64,000 bases of DNA, from assembly GCA_964597545.1 (NCBI GenBank), contig CAZQXN010000009.1:16-64015 (forward strand). Reading direction: 5' to 3'. The position numbers and the translations under genes were made by a program. The notes below the pieces were generated by a model. It was not told the DNA's origin. It did no database searches and was given only the letters and a program-made list of their open reading frames with translations. This DNA comes from an uncultured Planctomycetia bacterium (GTDB lineage: Bacteria > Omnitrophota > Gorgyraeia > 1-14-0-20-64-10). Positions 55,186-63,797 of this stretch are shown one piece after another. Each line of letters begins with the position of its first letter. Within the stretch, counting starts at the first letter, position 1.

Positions 55186-56439
55186 ATGGAGATCCGACTT
55201 CCCCAACTGGCTGAAGGGGCTGATTCCGGAACCGTGGTCAATCTCTTGGTTTCTGTAGGGGATAAGATCGAGAAGGATCAGACGATTTTGGAGCTGGAGA
55301 ACCAAAAGGCCGTTGCCCCCATTCCATCCCCTGCGTCCGGAAAGGTAGAGCAAATTCATGTCAAGGAAGGGGATGCGGTTGCGGTTGGCCAACCCTTGAT
55401 TGTTTTGGCTGAGGTTGGCAGGGACTTAGGTTCTTCTGAGGGTCGGGCAGCTCCTGCGGCTTCAACGGTTCGCTCCATCCCGAAGCCGACCACCCCTTCG
55501 GGTGCGGTTCCTGGCAGCCGTCAGGTCCCGTCACCCTCTGGGGCATCACCGCCTGCAGCCCCCTCCATACGTAAGATGGCAGAGGAGCTGGGATTGAATT
55601 TGACTCAGATTCCTGGCAGCGGTCGCGGGGGAAGGATTACCCGGGAAGATGTTCAGGGTTATCTGGCCGCACTTCAATCTACTTCGGGAGGACAGAAGCC
55701 TGCAGCAGCAGCGCCTCAAATTGATTTTTCCAAGTGGGGCAAGGTGACCCGCAAGCCATTATCCCCCTTACGGCAGACCGTGGCTCGCGTGATGACAGAG
55801 TCATGGAATAGCATCCCCCATGTCACTCAGTTTGGCCAGGCCGATGTCACCGACCTCTTGGCGCTCAAGCAGAGGTACGACAGTGATTACCGCCAGAGGC
55901 AGGCGCCCTTGACCATGACCTCCTTTATCTTGAAGGCTGTGATTCGCCCCCTTCGAAAGTTCCCCCTCTTTAACGCCAGCCTTGATGAGGCGGCCAAGGA
56001 ATTGGTGCTCAAGGAGTACCTGCACATCGGTATTGCTGTGGATACTCCGGAAGGTCTTTTAGTCCCGGTCCTCAGGGATGCAGATCGGCAGAGCACCGAA
56101 GAGCTCTCCAGGCAACTGAGCGCGCTTGCCGAGCGCGCAAGAGCGCGTAAGCTTAACCTAGATGAGATGCGGGGGGCCTCCTTTACTATCTCGAATCAGG
56201 GGGGGATTGGCGGGACACACTTTACCCCGATCATCCCTTGGCCGCAGGTGGCCATTTTGGGGGTGGGGCGCGCAGCGGCACAGCCGGCGCCTCGGGGCAA
56301 TACCGTTGAGAGCCGAACGATGCTTCCCTTGGCCCTTTCCTATGATCACCGGGTGGTTGACGGCGCTGATGCTGCCCGATTTATTACAGAACTTATCAAC
56401 ACCCTTGAACAGTTTCCTGAAGAGGAGGTCAGACCGTGA
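55186..56439 (+). CDS. aceF: dihydrolipoamide acetyltransferase (E2)
   Basis: Lipoyl domain (ELENQKAV), Ala/Pro linker, subunit-binding domain, catalytic domain with DHRVVDG. Confidence 0.85.
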   Translation: MEIRLPQLAEGADSGTVVNLLVSVGDKIEKDQTILELENQKAVAPIPSPASGKVEQIHVKEGDAVAVGQPLIVLAEVGRDLGSSEGRAAPAASTVRSIPKPTTPSGAVPGSRQVPSPSGASPPAAPSIRKMAEELGLNLTQIPGSGRGGRITREDVQGYLAALQSTSGGQKPAAAAPQIDFSKWGKVTRKPLSPLRQTVARVMTESWNSIPHVTQFGQADVTDLLALKQRYDSDYRQRQAPLTMTSFILKAVIRPLRKFPLFNASLDEAAKELVLKEYLHIGIAVDTPEGLLVPVLRDADRQSTEELSRQLSALAERARARKLNLDEMRGASFTISNQGGIGGTHFTPIIPWPQVAILGVGRAAAQPAPRGNTVESRTMLPLALSYDHRVVDGADAARFITELINTLEQFPEEEVRP

Positions 56440-57872
56440 CAAAGAGCCACTCCCACGCCATCGAAACCGACCTGGTTGTTCTCGGGGCAGGCCCAGGGGG
56501 AACTGCAGCTGCCTTTTATGCAGCGGACAAGGGCAGGCAGGTGGTTCTTGTTGAGCAGGCCGAGCGTTTGGGCGGCGTGTGCCTTCATCGCGGCTGCATT
56601 CCCTCCAAGGCGCTGCTGCATGCAACTGAGCCCCTTCGAGAGGCCGAAGCTTCCAAGGGGCGCGGGATTGATCTGGGTACCCCCAAGGTACAGTCTCAGA
56701 AGCTTCGCGCATGGAAGAATTCGGTGATTGAAAAGTTGGCCGGCGGATTGGAGCTGTTGCGCAGGAAGCGCAACGTCGAACGGGTCATCGGCCGCGGCCA
56801 CTTTGAGGATTCCAACACGTTGCGGGTGGAGACGCCCGAAGGGCAGCTCTTTATTCGGTACAAGTCTGCAATCATTGCGGTGGGTTCCAGGCCTGCCATG
56901 CCGCACACCTTTGATTTGGGCAATCCCCGCATCATGACCTCCACCGAAGCGTTGAATGTAGAGGAGACCCCCAAGGAGCTGTTGGTGGTAGGCGGCGGCT
57001 ACATTGGGATGGAGTTGGGGACCCTGTATGCCTCACTCGGCTCCCAAGTGGTCATGGTTGAGGCATTGAACACCTTGTTGTTAGGGGCTGATCCGGATTT
57101 GGTTCGCCCGGTCATGCGCTATGCTGAGCGAGCTTTCAAGGCGGTCCGTTTGAACACTAAGGTTCTCAAGATGGCCACCTCCGGCAAGAAGATCAAGGTG
57201 GCCATGGAGACCGATGGCAACAAAACCGAAGAGAATTACGACCGCGTCCTGGTTTCGGTGGGGCGCGCCCCGAATTGCGATGATCTGGGCCTGGAGAACA
57301 CCCGGGTTGCCCGAGACGAAAAGGGATTTATCCAGGTCAATCAGCGCCAACAGACGGCAGATTCTGCCATCTACGCTATCGGGGATGTGGTGGGTGGGGT
57401 TCTCTTGGCCCACAAGGCCTCTAAGGAGGCGCGGATTGCCGTGGAGGTGATCATTGGAGAGGCCAGCGCTTTCGAGAACATTGTCATTCCTGCGGTGGTC
57501 TTTGCTGATCCCGAGGTGGCTTGGTGCGGTTTGACCGAGACTCAGGCCCGAGAGAAGGGCATCCCGATTCAGGTCACGCGCTTTCCATGGGGCGCCTCCG
57601 GGCGCGCCATTACGCTGGATCGGACTGACGGGATGACCAAACTGATTTTGGAACCCCAGACCGATCGGATCCTGGGCGTGGGGATTGTTGGCGTCGGGGC
57701 AGGAGAACTGATCAGCGAAGGAGTGCTGGCGGTTGAGATGGGAGCGACTGCCAAGGACTTGGCAGAAACCGTCCATCCTCACCCCACCCTCTCAGAAACC
57801 CTTATGGAGTCTGCCGAGGCCTTTTACGGAACTGCAACCCATACCTTTTCCCCGCGCGCGAAACGCCCGTGA
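56436..57872 (+). CDS. lpd: dihydrolipoyl dehydrogenase (E3)
   Basis: GAGPGG FAD motif, redox-active CLHRGCIPSK, and a C-terminal HPHPTLSE motif. Confidence 0.9.
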   Translation: MTKSHSHAIETDLVVLGAGPGGTAAAFYAADKGRQVVLVEQAERLGGVCLHRGCIPSKALLHATEPLREAEASKGRGIDLGTPKVQSQKLRAWKNSVIEKLAGGLELLRRKRNVERVIGRGHFEDSNTLRVETPEGQLFIRYKSAIIAVGSRPAMPHTFDLGNPRIMTSTEALNVEETPKELLVVGGGYIGMELGTLYASLGSQVVMVEALNTLLLGADPDLVRPVMRYAERAFKAVRLNTKVLKMATSGKKIKVAMETDGNKTEENYDRVLVSVGRAPNCDDLGLENTRVARDEKGFIQVNQRQQTADSAIYAIGDVVGGVLLAHKASKEARIAVEVIIGEASAFENIVIPAVVFADPEVAWCGLTETQAREKGIPIQVTRFPWGASGRAITLDRTDGMTKLILEPQTDRILGVGIVGVGAGELISEGVLAVEMGATAKDLAETVHPHPTLSETLMESAEAFYGTATHTFSPRAKRP

Positions 57873-58762
57873 GCGTGTTGCCCCCCTCCTCCGTGCGGCC
57901 GCAAACGGCTCCTCTGTATATTGACCCCCGCGTTGTCGTAGGCGAGAAGCGTCAGGCCATGAACCGTCAGGTCTTGAAAGAGTGCGCCGAGGACCTGGAG
58001 GATTTCATGGGCCGCTCCATGCAGGAGATCGCGGAGGAGTGGTGGGCCAACAAAGAGGCGGTGCACAGGCTTGAAGAGCATCTGCTGCAAACCGCAACCG
58101 ATCCCCGCCCGATCACAGAATTCTATGCAACGACCGACTATTACCTCTACGAGAGCACCTACTGGGAGGCGCAGGCGGACAAACAGCAAGAGTTTCGCAA
58201 GCTGTGGCTGGCATGCCGCCGATTGGGGCTTACGCGTCTGTTGGATTTCGGTGGTGGCACAGGGGGTGCCACCCGCTATTTTCACAAGCGTGGGATTGCC
58301 TGCGACTATTTGGATGTCCCGGGAAGAACTTTTGATTTTGCGCGCAGGCGGATTGAAAAGCACAATATCCCAGTTCGGATCTTCAGCGCTTTAGATCCAA
58401 AAGCACCGCCTCAGGGGGTCTATGACGGGGTGATGGCCTATGATGTGCTGGAACACCTCTTCGATGTCCCTGCAGCTCTGCGTCAGATTGCTGGTCTGTT
58501 GCGGTCGGGGGGAATCTTCTTTGTGAAGTCCACTTTTATGGGGGGTGGGGCGCACCTCTCCAAAAACGATATCTACGAAGAGCTCCCCAACCTGAACCGA
58601 ACAGCAGCCGAGTGCGGGTTTCGCTTTTTGGGGCAGCTCAAAACCGACCGGATGAGCCGCTTACTCTCCCGCTTAGGGCTCAGGTACGCAACCCTGGGGG
58701 TTCGGATTGCGCTCCGCAAGAAGACCGGCGGCAACATTCTTGTGTACCGGAAGGGTTCATGA
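57869..58762 (+). CDS. class I SAM-dependent methyltransferase
   Basis: LLDFGGGTGGAT motif I; possible ATG start at 57959. Confidence 0.65.
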   Translation: MSVLPPSSVRPQTAPLYIDPRVVVGEKRQAMNRQVLKECAEDLEDFMGRSMQEIAEEWWANKEAVHRLEEHLLQTATDPRPITEFYATTDYYLYESTYWEAQADKQQEFRKLWLACRRLGLTRLLDFGGGTGGATRYFHKRGIACDYLDVPGRTFDFARRRIEKHNIPVRIFSALDPKAPPQGVYDGVMAYDVLEHLFDVPAALRQIAGLLRSGGIFFVKSTFMGGGAHLSKNDIYEELPNLNRTAAECGFRFLGQLKTDRMSRLLSRLGLRYATLGVRIALRKKTGGNILVYRKGS

Positions 58763-59028
58763 TGGCAGGCGAAACAGCACAGCGCATCCTGGAATTTGTT
58801 CAGGGCACCTTTGCCGTCCGCCTTGAAAGCGCGGGGAAGCTGGATCTTTCCAGCCCGCTGTTTTCTTCTCAGGTGATCGACTCGATGGGAGCGGTAGAAT
58901 TGCTGGCATTCATCGAGCAGGAATTTCATGTTTCTATCGACCTGACGATTGAAGAGCTGCGGCGCTTGGACAGCGCGGAGAATTTTGCCGCCCACGTCGA
59001 ATCCCTTCAACAGGCTCAGCCGAAATGA
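58759..59028 (+). CDS. acyl carrier protein (DltC-like)
   Basis: 89 aa with a VIDSMGAVEL phosphopantetheine-site pattern; ATGATG overlap with the upstream stop. Confidence 0.65.
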   Translation: MMAGETAQRILEFVQGTFAVRLESAGKLDLSSPLFSSQVIDSMGAVELLAFIEQEFHVSIDLTIEELRRLDSAENFAAHVESLQQAQPK

Positions 59029-60002
59029 TGTCCTGGAAGCCGTATGAGTTGACCATTGGGTTGCCGCAGACCAACTACCGGCATTTCGCTGAGGTGAAGT
59101 TGCTCATGGAGGCCGGTAACTTCTTCTGGTGGGCTCTGGGGGAGGCCATGGGCTCCCCTGTATCGAAACTTCGTTCCGACACAGGGGAGCCGCTCTATGC
59201 GACCATCTACTTCATCGAGGAGAACTTCCCGTTCGAGCGCTCCCTGCCGAGTTTCACGTTGGATGACCGGTTGAACTTCTTCGTTGCGCTGCGCACCCTG
59301 AGGAATACAAGCGTCGAGGGCCGCGTTGTCTTTGATCGCGCAGACCGAATTGCTTCCGCGGAGGAGAACAGTTCCTGGTGCACTGAAGGATCTGCCCATC
59401 CATGGGTTCGATACGGCTCCATTTTTGCCGCCCCTGAAGCCGGCACCAACAAGCTGACCGTCGCCTCCCCGGCCAATGCCACCGCAACGAAGCTGCCCCC
59501 GTTGCCGTTTGGGGAGAATCCCGCTCGCATTACGCGAGAAGCAGAGGCCACCGGTCAACTGGGGGTGATCCCAGAGGACTGGGTTTCCTTGGATGCTGCG
59601 GGGTCGGTTTCGGTCACATACGCCATCGATCCGGACCGGGATACCAACGCGGCGGGGTTGGTTTATTTCGCCAATTATGTTGCTTTCATGGAGGTGGCAG
59701 AGCGTCAGGTGCTGGTTCGGCCCACGGCATCGGGCAAAGGGCTTACCAGCGAGCTCCTTGCCCAGCGCCGGGTGCTGCGGCGGAGAATCGCTTATTACGG
59801 CAATGCCAGCTTGTCTGGCCAACTGATGATTGCGGTTTCTCGATTTGCACCGCCGGCCTCATCTGACCTGGTTGGGCTTCGGTACCGCATCACCCTGGCA
59901 GGACAGGAGAAGCCGATCTGTCTCTCAGAGGTGCTGTTTGCCCTTTCGCCGCTGGCCAGTCTACACTCTCAAGGAGCTGCCGCCGAAGGCAAGAAAAGGT
60001 GA
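59025..60002 (+). CDS. LnmK-like double-hotdog protein (probable ACP acyl-loading acyltransferase/decarboxylase)
   Basis: Two 4HBT-like halves (…NYRHFAEVKLLMEAG… and …DTNAAGLVYFANYVAFMEVAE…), ~325 aa as in LnmK-like proteins. Confidence 0.45.
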   Translation: MMSWKPYELTIGLPQTNYRHFAEVKLLMEAGNFFWWALGEAMGSPVSKLRSDTGEPLYATIYFIEENFPFERSLPSFTLDDRLNFFVALRTLRNTSVEGRVVFDRADRIASAEENSSWCTEGSAHPWVRYGSIFAAPEAGTNKLTVASPANATATKLPPLPFGENPARITREAEATGQLGVIPEDWVSLDAAGSVSVTYAIDPDRDTNAAGLVYFANYVAFMEVAERQVLVRPTASGKGLTSELLAQRRVLRRRIAYYGNASLSGQLMIAVSRFAPPASSDLVGLRYRITLAGQEKPICLSEVLFALSPLASLHSQGAAAEGKKR

Positions 60003-60003
60003 G

Positions 60004-61050
60004 TTGAGTTCTCCATCCGGATCTACCCGTTCCCACTGGCGTCGTCTCTTCGTCTGCTTTGCACTGCTGGCAGCGGTAGATCAAGCGGTCCTACCCGCCC
60101 TGCAAAGCTCAGAAGCCCGCCGGTATGAGTCGACCGACCCGATGCGATTCGGAAATTCAGATCTTTTCCTGATCGGTCCCATGACCGAGTATCTTCGAGA
60201 GCACCCTGTGGGTCTAAAGCCCCGCGCGATCTTCTTAGGGGACTCCATTGTCTGGGGATATCTCCTGGAGACCGGAGAAACGCTTCCGGCGAACTTTCAG
60301 CGTTTTGTTCCAAACGTCAAGGTTTTGAACCTAGGCAGCAACGGTTTTGATGCTGTGAGCGCCTATCTTATGACCAAGGCGCTCATCGATTCGGTCGACA
60401 CCTTCTATTATGTCTATGAGCAGGATGATCTGGATCGTCGGCCCCACCCCCTGCTGGCCCGGCTCATTCCGGTAAGCCCCGAGGATACTTCCCGGTTTGA
60501 GCTTGAACTTCCCCCGCCCTGGGTAGCTACTTTCAACCGCATGGCCCACTTCTGGAAGTTGGCGCGATATTCCTACCGCCTTCAAGGGGCGTTGTTTGGG
60601 AACTCGGGCCGGCAGTACCTGTACTCCAAGGGGAGGCGGCTTGGGAAGTTGCTGCACAACCCTTCGGGGCAGGGGGAGGCTGCGGAAGGGACCAGGAAAG
60701 CTGCTTTGCGCGTGCAGTGGAGTTCCCCCTCAGCCGGAGGTCCCCTTTCCGAAGAGGAGGCGGGCGATTTAGCCAGGCGTCATCCCATGTTGTGGGAGTA
60801 CGCCTCCTTGCTGGCCGGCCACCAAAAGCAAGGGGTCATCATCGAGTTTGCGCATCACAAGAAAATCTTGAGCGACTCGGAGCGACGGAAGTTCAACCGT
60901 CGTTTCCGTCCCTTTGTGGTCTTTGCGAAGCTGACCGTTCCCGATGCTTATCTCATGCCTGATGAAGCCCACCTGGCAGCTGAAGGGACTCGAGCTGTTG
61001 CTTCAACTCTCTCCGAACATGCCAGCCCTTCTCGGTTGCTGTCCAGATGA
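60004..61050 (+). CDS. membrane-anchored SGNH/DltD-like protein
   Basis: N-terminal TM segment (LFVCFALLAAV) followed by a GDS-type block (AIFLGDSIVWGY), positioned like the DltD PIYGSSEL region. The TTG start is uncertain. Confidence 0.35.
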   Translation: MSSPSGSTRSHWRRLFVCFALLAAVDQAVLPALQSSEARRYESTDPMRFGNSDLFLIGPMTEYLREHPVGLKPRAIFLGDSIVWGYLLETGETLPANFQRFVPNVKVLNLGSNGFDAVSAYLMTKALIDSVDTFYYVYEQDDLDRRPHPLLARLIPVSPEDTSRFELELPPPWVATFNRMAHFWKLARYSYRLQGALFGNSGRQYLYSKGRRLGKLLHNPSGQGEAAEGTRKAALRVQWSSPSAGGPLSEEEAGDLARRHPMLWEYASLLAGHQKQGVIIEFAHHKKILSDSERRKFNRRFRPFVVFAKLTVPDAYLMPDEAHLAAEGTRAVASTLSEHASPSRLLSR

Positions 61051-62219
61051 TTGTCAATGAACCCCTCTTTATCGCGCTGGTAATTGGGACGGTTTGCACC
61101 TTCTTCCTGGTCCCGGTCCGCTGGCGCCATGGGATCCTGATCCTCTCCGGGATATGCCTCTACCTCTTTTACGCGGCGGAGTTTCTTCCGCTGGTGGCGG
61201 GGCTCGTGCTGCTGACCTATTGGGTCTCGGGGCGCCTTGGGGTCTGGATCAATGTGGCAGCGCTTGTTGGCGTTATGTTCTACTTCAAACTGCAGGGAGG
61301 TTTTGGGGTGATCTCAGCCGGGATCACCCCCGGCCAAACCCTGGTGGACCGACTGGTTTTCCCTTTGGGGTTGTCGTTTCTCACCTTTGAGTTGATCCAT
61401 TTCTCGATTGAGCGCCAACGCGGAAAAATCCCCCAAGCCTCCCTGGCTAGCCTTGCCGCATTTGCCTTTTTCTTCCCGTGCCGCATCGCAGGACCGATCA
61501 AACGCTACCAGCCATTCGAGAAATCGGTGCGGAGCTCGCGATGGTCTGTTGAGCAGCTCTACCGCGGTTTGGTGCGTATCCTGTGGGGGTTCTTGAAGAA
61601 GGTGATGTTGGCCGATCTCCTGGTCCTTGCGGTGCCCTGGATGGGTCAGGCACACCACCCCTTGCAGGTGTGGGGGGGGCTGGTGGCGTATTCCTTTTAC
61701 ATCTTCCTTGATTTCAGCGCCTATTCAGACATCGCCATTGGGATCTCATGGCTGATGGGTTTAAACGTACCGGAGAACTTCCGGGCTCCGTACCTGAGCC
61801 GCAACATCCGAGAATTCTGGAGCCGGTGGCACATTTCCCTTTCCAGTTGGCTGGGGGACTATCTGTTTCTACCGATCAGTAAGCGATTGGCCACCTCGAA
61901 GGTGCATCTGAAGCCTCAAGCAGCTGCCGCGGCAGGCTTCTTGATAACCTTTGCCATCTGCGGGCTGTGGCATGGGCCGTCCGCCAACTTTCTGCTGTGG
62001 GGCCTGTACCATGGTGCGCTGCTCTCTCTGTACTCCTTCTACAGAGCTTCGAGGTTTTCAACCGTGCGTTTGGATGCTATGCTGAAGTGGTGGCCAGCGC
62101 TCCATCAGGTCCTCGCTCCTGGAATCACCTTCCTGGTTGTAACCATTGGCTGGGTTCTCTTTGCAGTGCAGGGCAGTGCCATCCCTGAGGTTTTTCAAGC
62201 GTTGTGGACAGGAAGATGA
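61047..62219 (+). CDS. MBOAT-family membrane O-acyltransferase (DltB/AlgI-like)
   Basis: The conserved block FWSRWHISLSSWLGDYLFLPI closely matches the DltB catalytic-His region. Confidence 0.85.
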   Translation: MIVNEPLFIALVIGTVCTFFLVPVRWRHGILILSGICLYLFYAAEFLPLVAGLVLLTYWVSGRLGVWINVAALVGVMFYFKLQGGFGVISAGITPGQTLVDRLVFPLGLSFLTFELIHFSIERQRGKIPQASLASLAAFAFFFPCRIAGPIKRYQPFEKSVRSSRWSVEQLYRGLVRILWGFLKKVMLADLLVLAVPWMGQAHHPLQVWGGLVAYSFYIFLDFSAYSDIAIGISWLMGLNVPENFRAPYLSRNIREFWSRWHISLSSWLGDYLFLPISKRLATSKVHLKPQAAAAAGFLITFAICGLWHGPSANFLLWGLYHGALLSLYSFYRASRFSTVRLDAMLKWWPALHQVLAPGITFLVVTIGWVLFAVQGSAIPEVFQALWTGR

Positions 62220-62326
62220 GAATCTGGCTGGTGGACATTGCAGTGGGGTTTATTTTGGCTCTCGGGGTGATCCTGGTCGTTTTGTTTTCAACCTTTGATT
62301 CCACCTTTCTCTATCGTGGGTTCTAG
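62216..62326 (+). CDS. unannotated 36-aa single-TM protein ending FLYRGF (DltX-like C-terminal FxYxxF motif)
   Basis: MRIWLVDIAVGFILALGVILVVLFSTFDSTFLYRGF; its ATG overlaps the MBOAT stop (ATGA). It is absent from the ORF track because it is shorter than 60 aa. Confidence 0.45.
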   Translation: MRIWLVDIAVGFILALGVILVVLFSTFDSTFLYRGF

Positions 62327-62328
62327 GA

Positions 62329-62757
62329 ATGCGTAGCGCACAGACAATGCTGCAGCGGCTCCTTTTGGGAGGGGCGATCTATTTCTTGCTGGTTTCGGCT
62401 GCACACATGCTTGGGATCAAGATGCCCCTTCTTTTTGTGTACTTTAGCGTTCCTTCGTATGCTTACCAAGACAGGATCATCTCCTTCTTGTCTTTTGGTT
62501 GGGCGATGTTCTTACTCTCAGGTGTTTCTAGTGTCAAGCAGGGTGCCCTGGAGGTTGTCCGGTATATCCTCTGGGCCGGCTGCGCAGGGGTCATAGGGTT
62601 GTGCGTGATTAACTTCACGTTGGGTTCTGGAGCCGCATCCCGGCGGCTCCTTCCTTTCTGGGTTGAGACAGCGGTGTTTTTTATCTACCTGGTTCTTCTG
62701 GCACGCTGTTACCGCGAAGCGGCAGGGCGAAATATTTCCGGCACATCGCAGCGTTAA
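62329..62757 (+). CDS. hypothetical 4-TM membrane protein
   Basis: 142 aa; begins 2 nt after the small ORF. Confidence 0.4.
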   Translation: MRSAQTMLQRLLLGGAIYFLLVSAAHMLGIKMPLLFVYFSVPSYAYQDRIISFLSFGWAMFLLSGVSSVKQGALEVVRYILWAGCAGVIGLCVINFTLGSGAASRRLLPFWVETAVFFIYLVLLARCYREAAGRNISGTSQR

Positions 62758-62775
62758 ATAAAAAGGAGGCTTGTC

Positions 62776-63744
62776 ATGGTTGGGAGTCAGGAGGTAACGG
62801 CGCAGGATTTAGATACCAAGGTTTTTATTGATGAGAAGACTGCCGAGATTTCCGCCGCGGCGGGAACTGGCGAGGCGATCAACGCCCTTTCGGGCGGGGT
62901 TGATTCCTCTGCCGTGACGATGCTGGGCCACAAGGCCTTAGGCCCACGCCTTAGAACCTATTTTGTTGATAACGGGATTATGCGTGAAGGTGAGCCCCAA
63001 AAGGTGGCCAAGATCTTCAAGGCGCAGGGTGTTCATGTGGAGATTGTTGACGCCCAGGACGAATTCTTCAAGGCACTCAAGGGTATTACTGATCCCGAGG
63101 AAAAGCGGGAGGCCATCACCCAGACCTTCTATAGGGATGTCTTTGGCAGGCTGGTCCGGGAAAGTGGGGCGAAGCACCTGCTGCAGGGCACGATCTTGAC
63201 CGATGTCGATGAGACCGTTGCGGGAATCAAGAGGCAGCACAATGTGTTTGAGCAGCTGGGCATCGATCCGCAAGCCGCTTTTGGCTATAAGATCATTGAG
63301 CCCTTGATCCAACTGCGCAAGGACGGTGTTCGCAAGGTGGCCGAGGCCCTGGGATTGCCTGAGTCGATCTACAACCGCATGCCCTTTCCAGGTCCGGCCC
63401 TCACAGCTCGGGTCATCGGTGAGGCAACGCGAGAGAGGATTGCGACCGTCAGGATTGCTACCCGCATTGTTGAGGAGGAGCTCGCTTCAACCCAGGCGTT
63501 TCAATACATGGCGATTCTACACGAGGACAGAGTCACCGGGATGCGCCAGAACAAGCGGGATTTCGGCTGGCAGCTTGAGATTCGCTGCTGGGACAGCGTG
63601 GATGCCAGGAAGGCAGAGCCGACAAAGCTCCCCTACGATCAGCTCAAGAAGATGGCCGATCGGCTGACGGAAGAGGTTCCCGGGGTGGTCAGCGTGACCT
63701 ACAATATCACCTCCAAGCCTCCCTCCACCATGGAGGCCGTTTAA
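62776..63744 (+). CDS. guaA: GMP synthase ATP-pyrophosphatase subunit (GuaA C-terminal domains as a stand-alone protein)
   Basis: PP-loop SGGVDSS, FVDNGIMREGE, and a C-terminal dimerisation block MPFPGPALTARVIGE, all colinear with the E. coli GuaA C-terminus; AAGGAGG Shine-Dalgarno. Confidence 0.8.
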   Translation: MVGSQEVTAQDLDTKVFIDEKTAEISAAAGTGEAINALSGGVDSSAVTMLGHKALGPRLRTYFVDNGIMREGEPQKVAKIFKAQGVHVEIVDAQDEFFKALKGITDPEEKREAITQTFYRDVFGRLVRESGAKHLLQGTILTDVDETVAGIKRQHNVFEQLGIDPQAAFGYKIIEPLIQLRKDGVRKVAEALGLPESIYNRMPFPGPALTARVIGEATRERIATVRIATRIVEEELASTQAFQYMAILHEDRVTGMRQNKRDFGWQLEIRCWDSVDARKAEPTKLPYDQLKKMADRLTEEVPGVVSVTYNITSKPPSTMEAV

Positions 63745-63797
63745 GACATTTTGTTCGAATCATTGCTTTCTGTGCAACTTACGAAGAGGAGCGAAGC

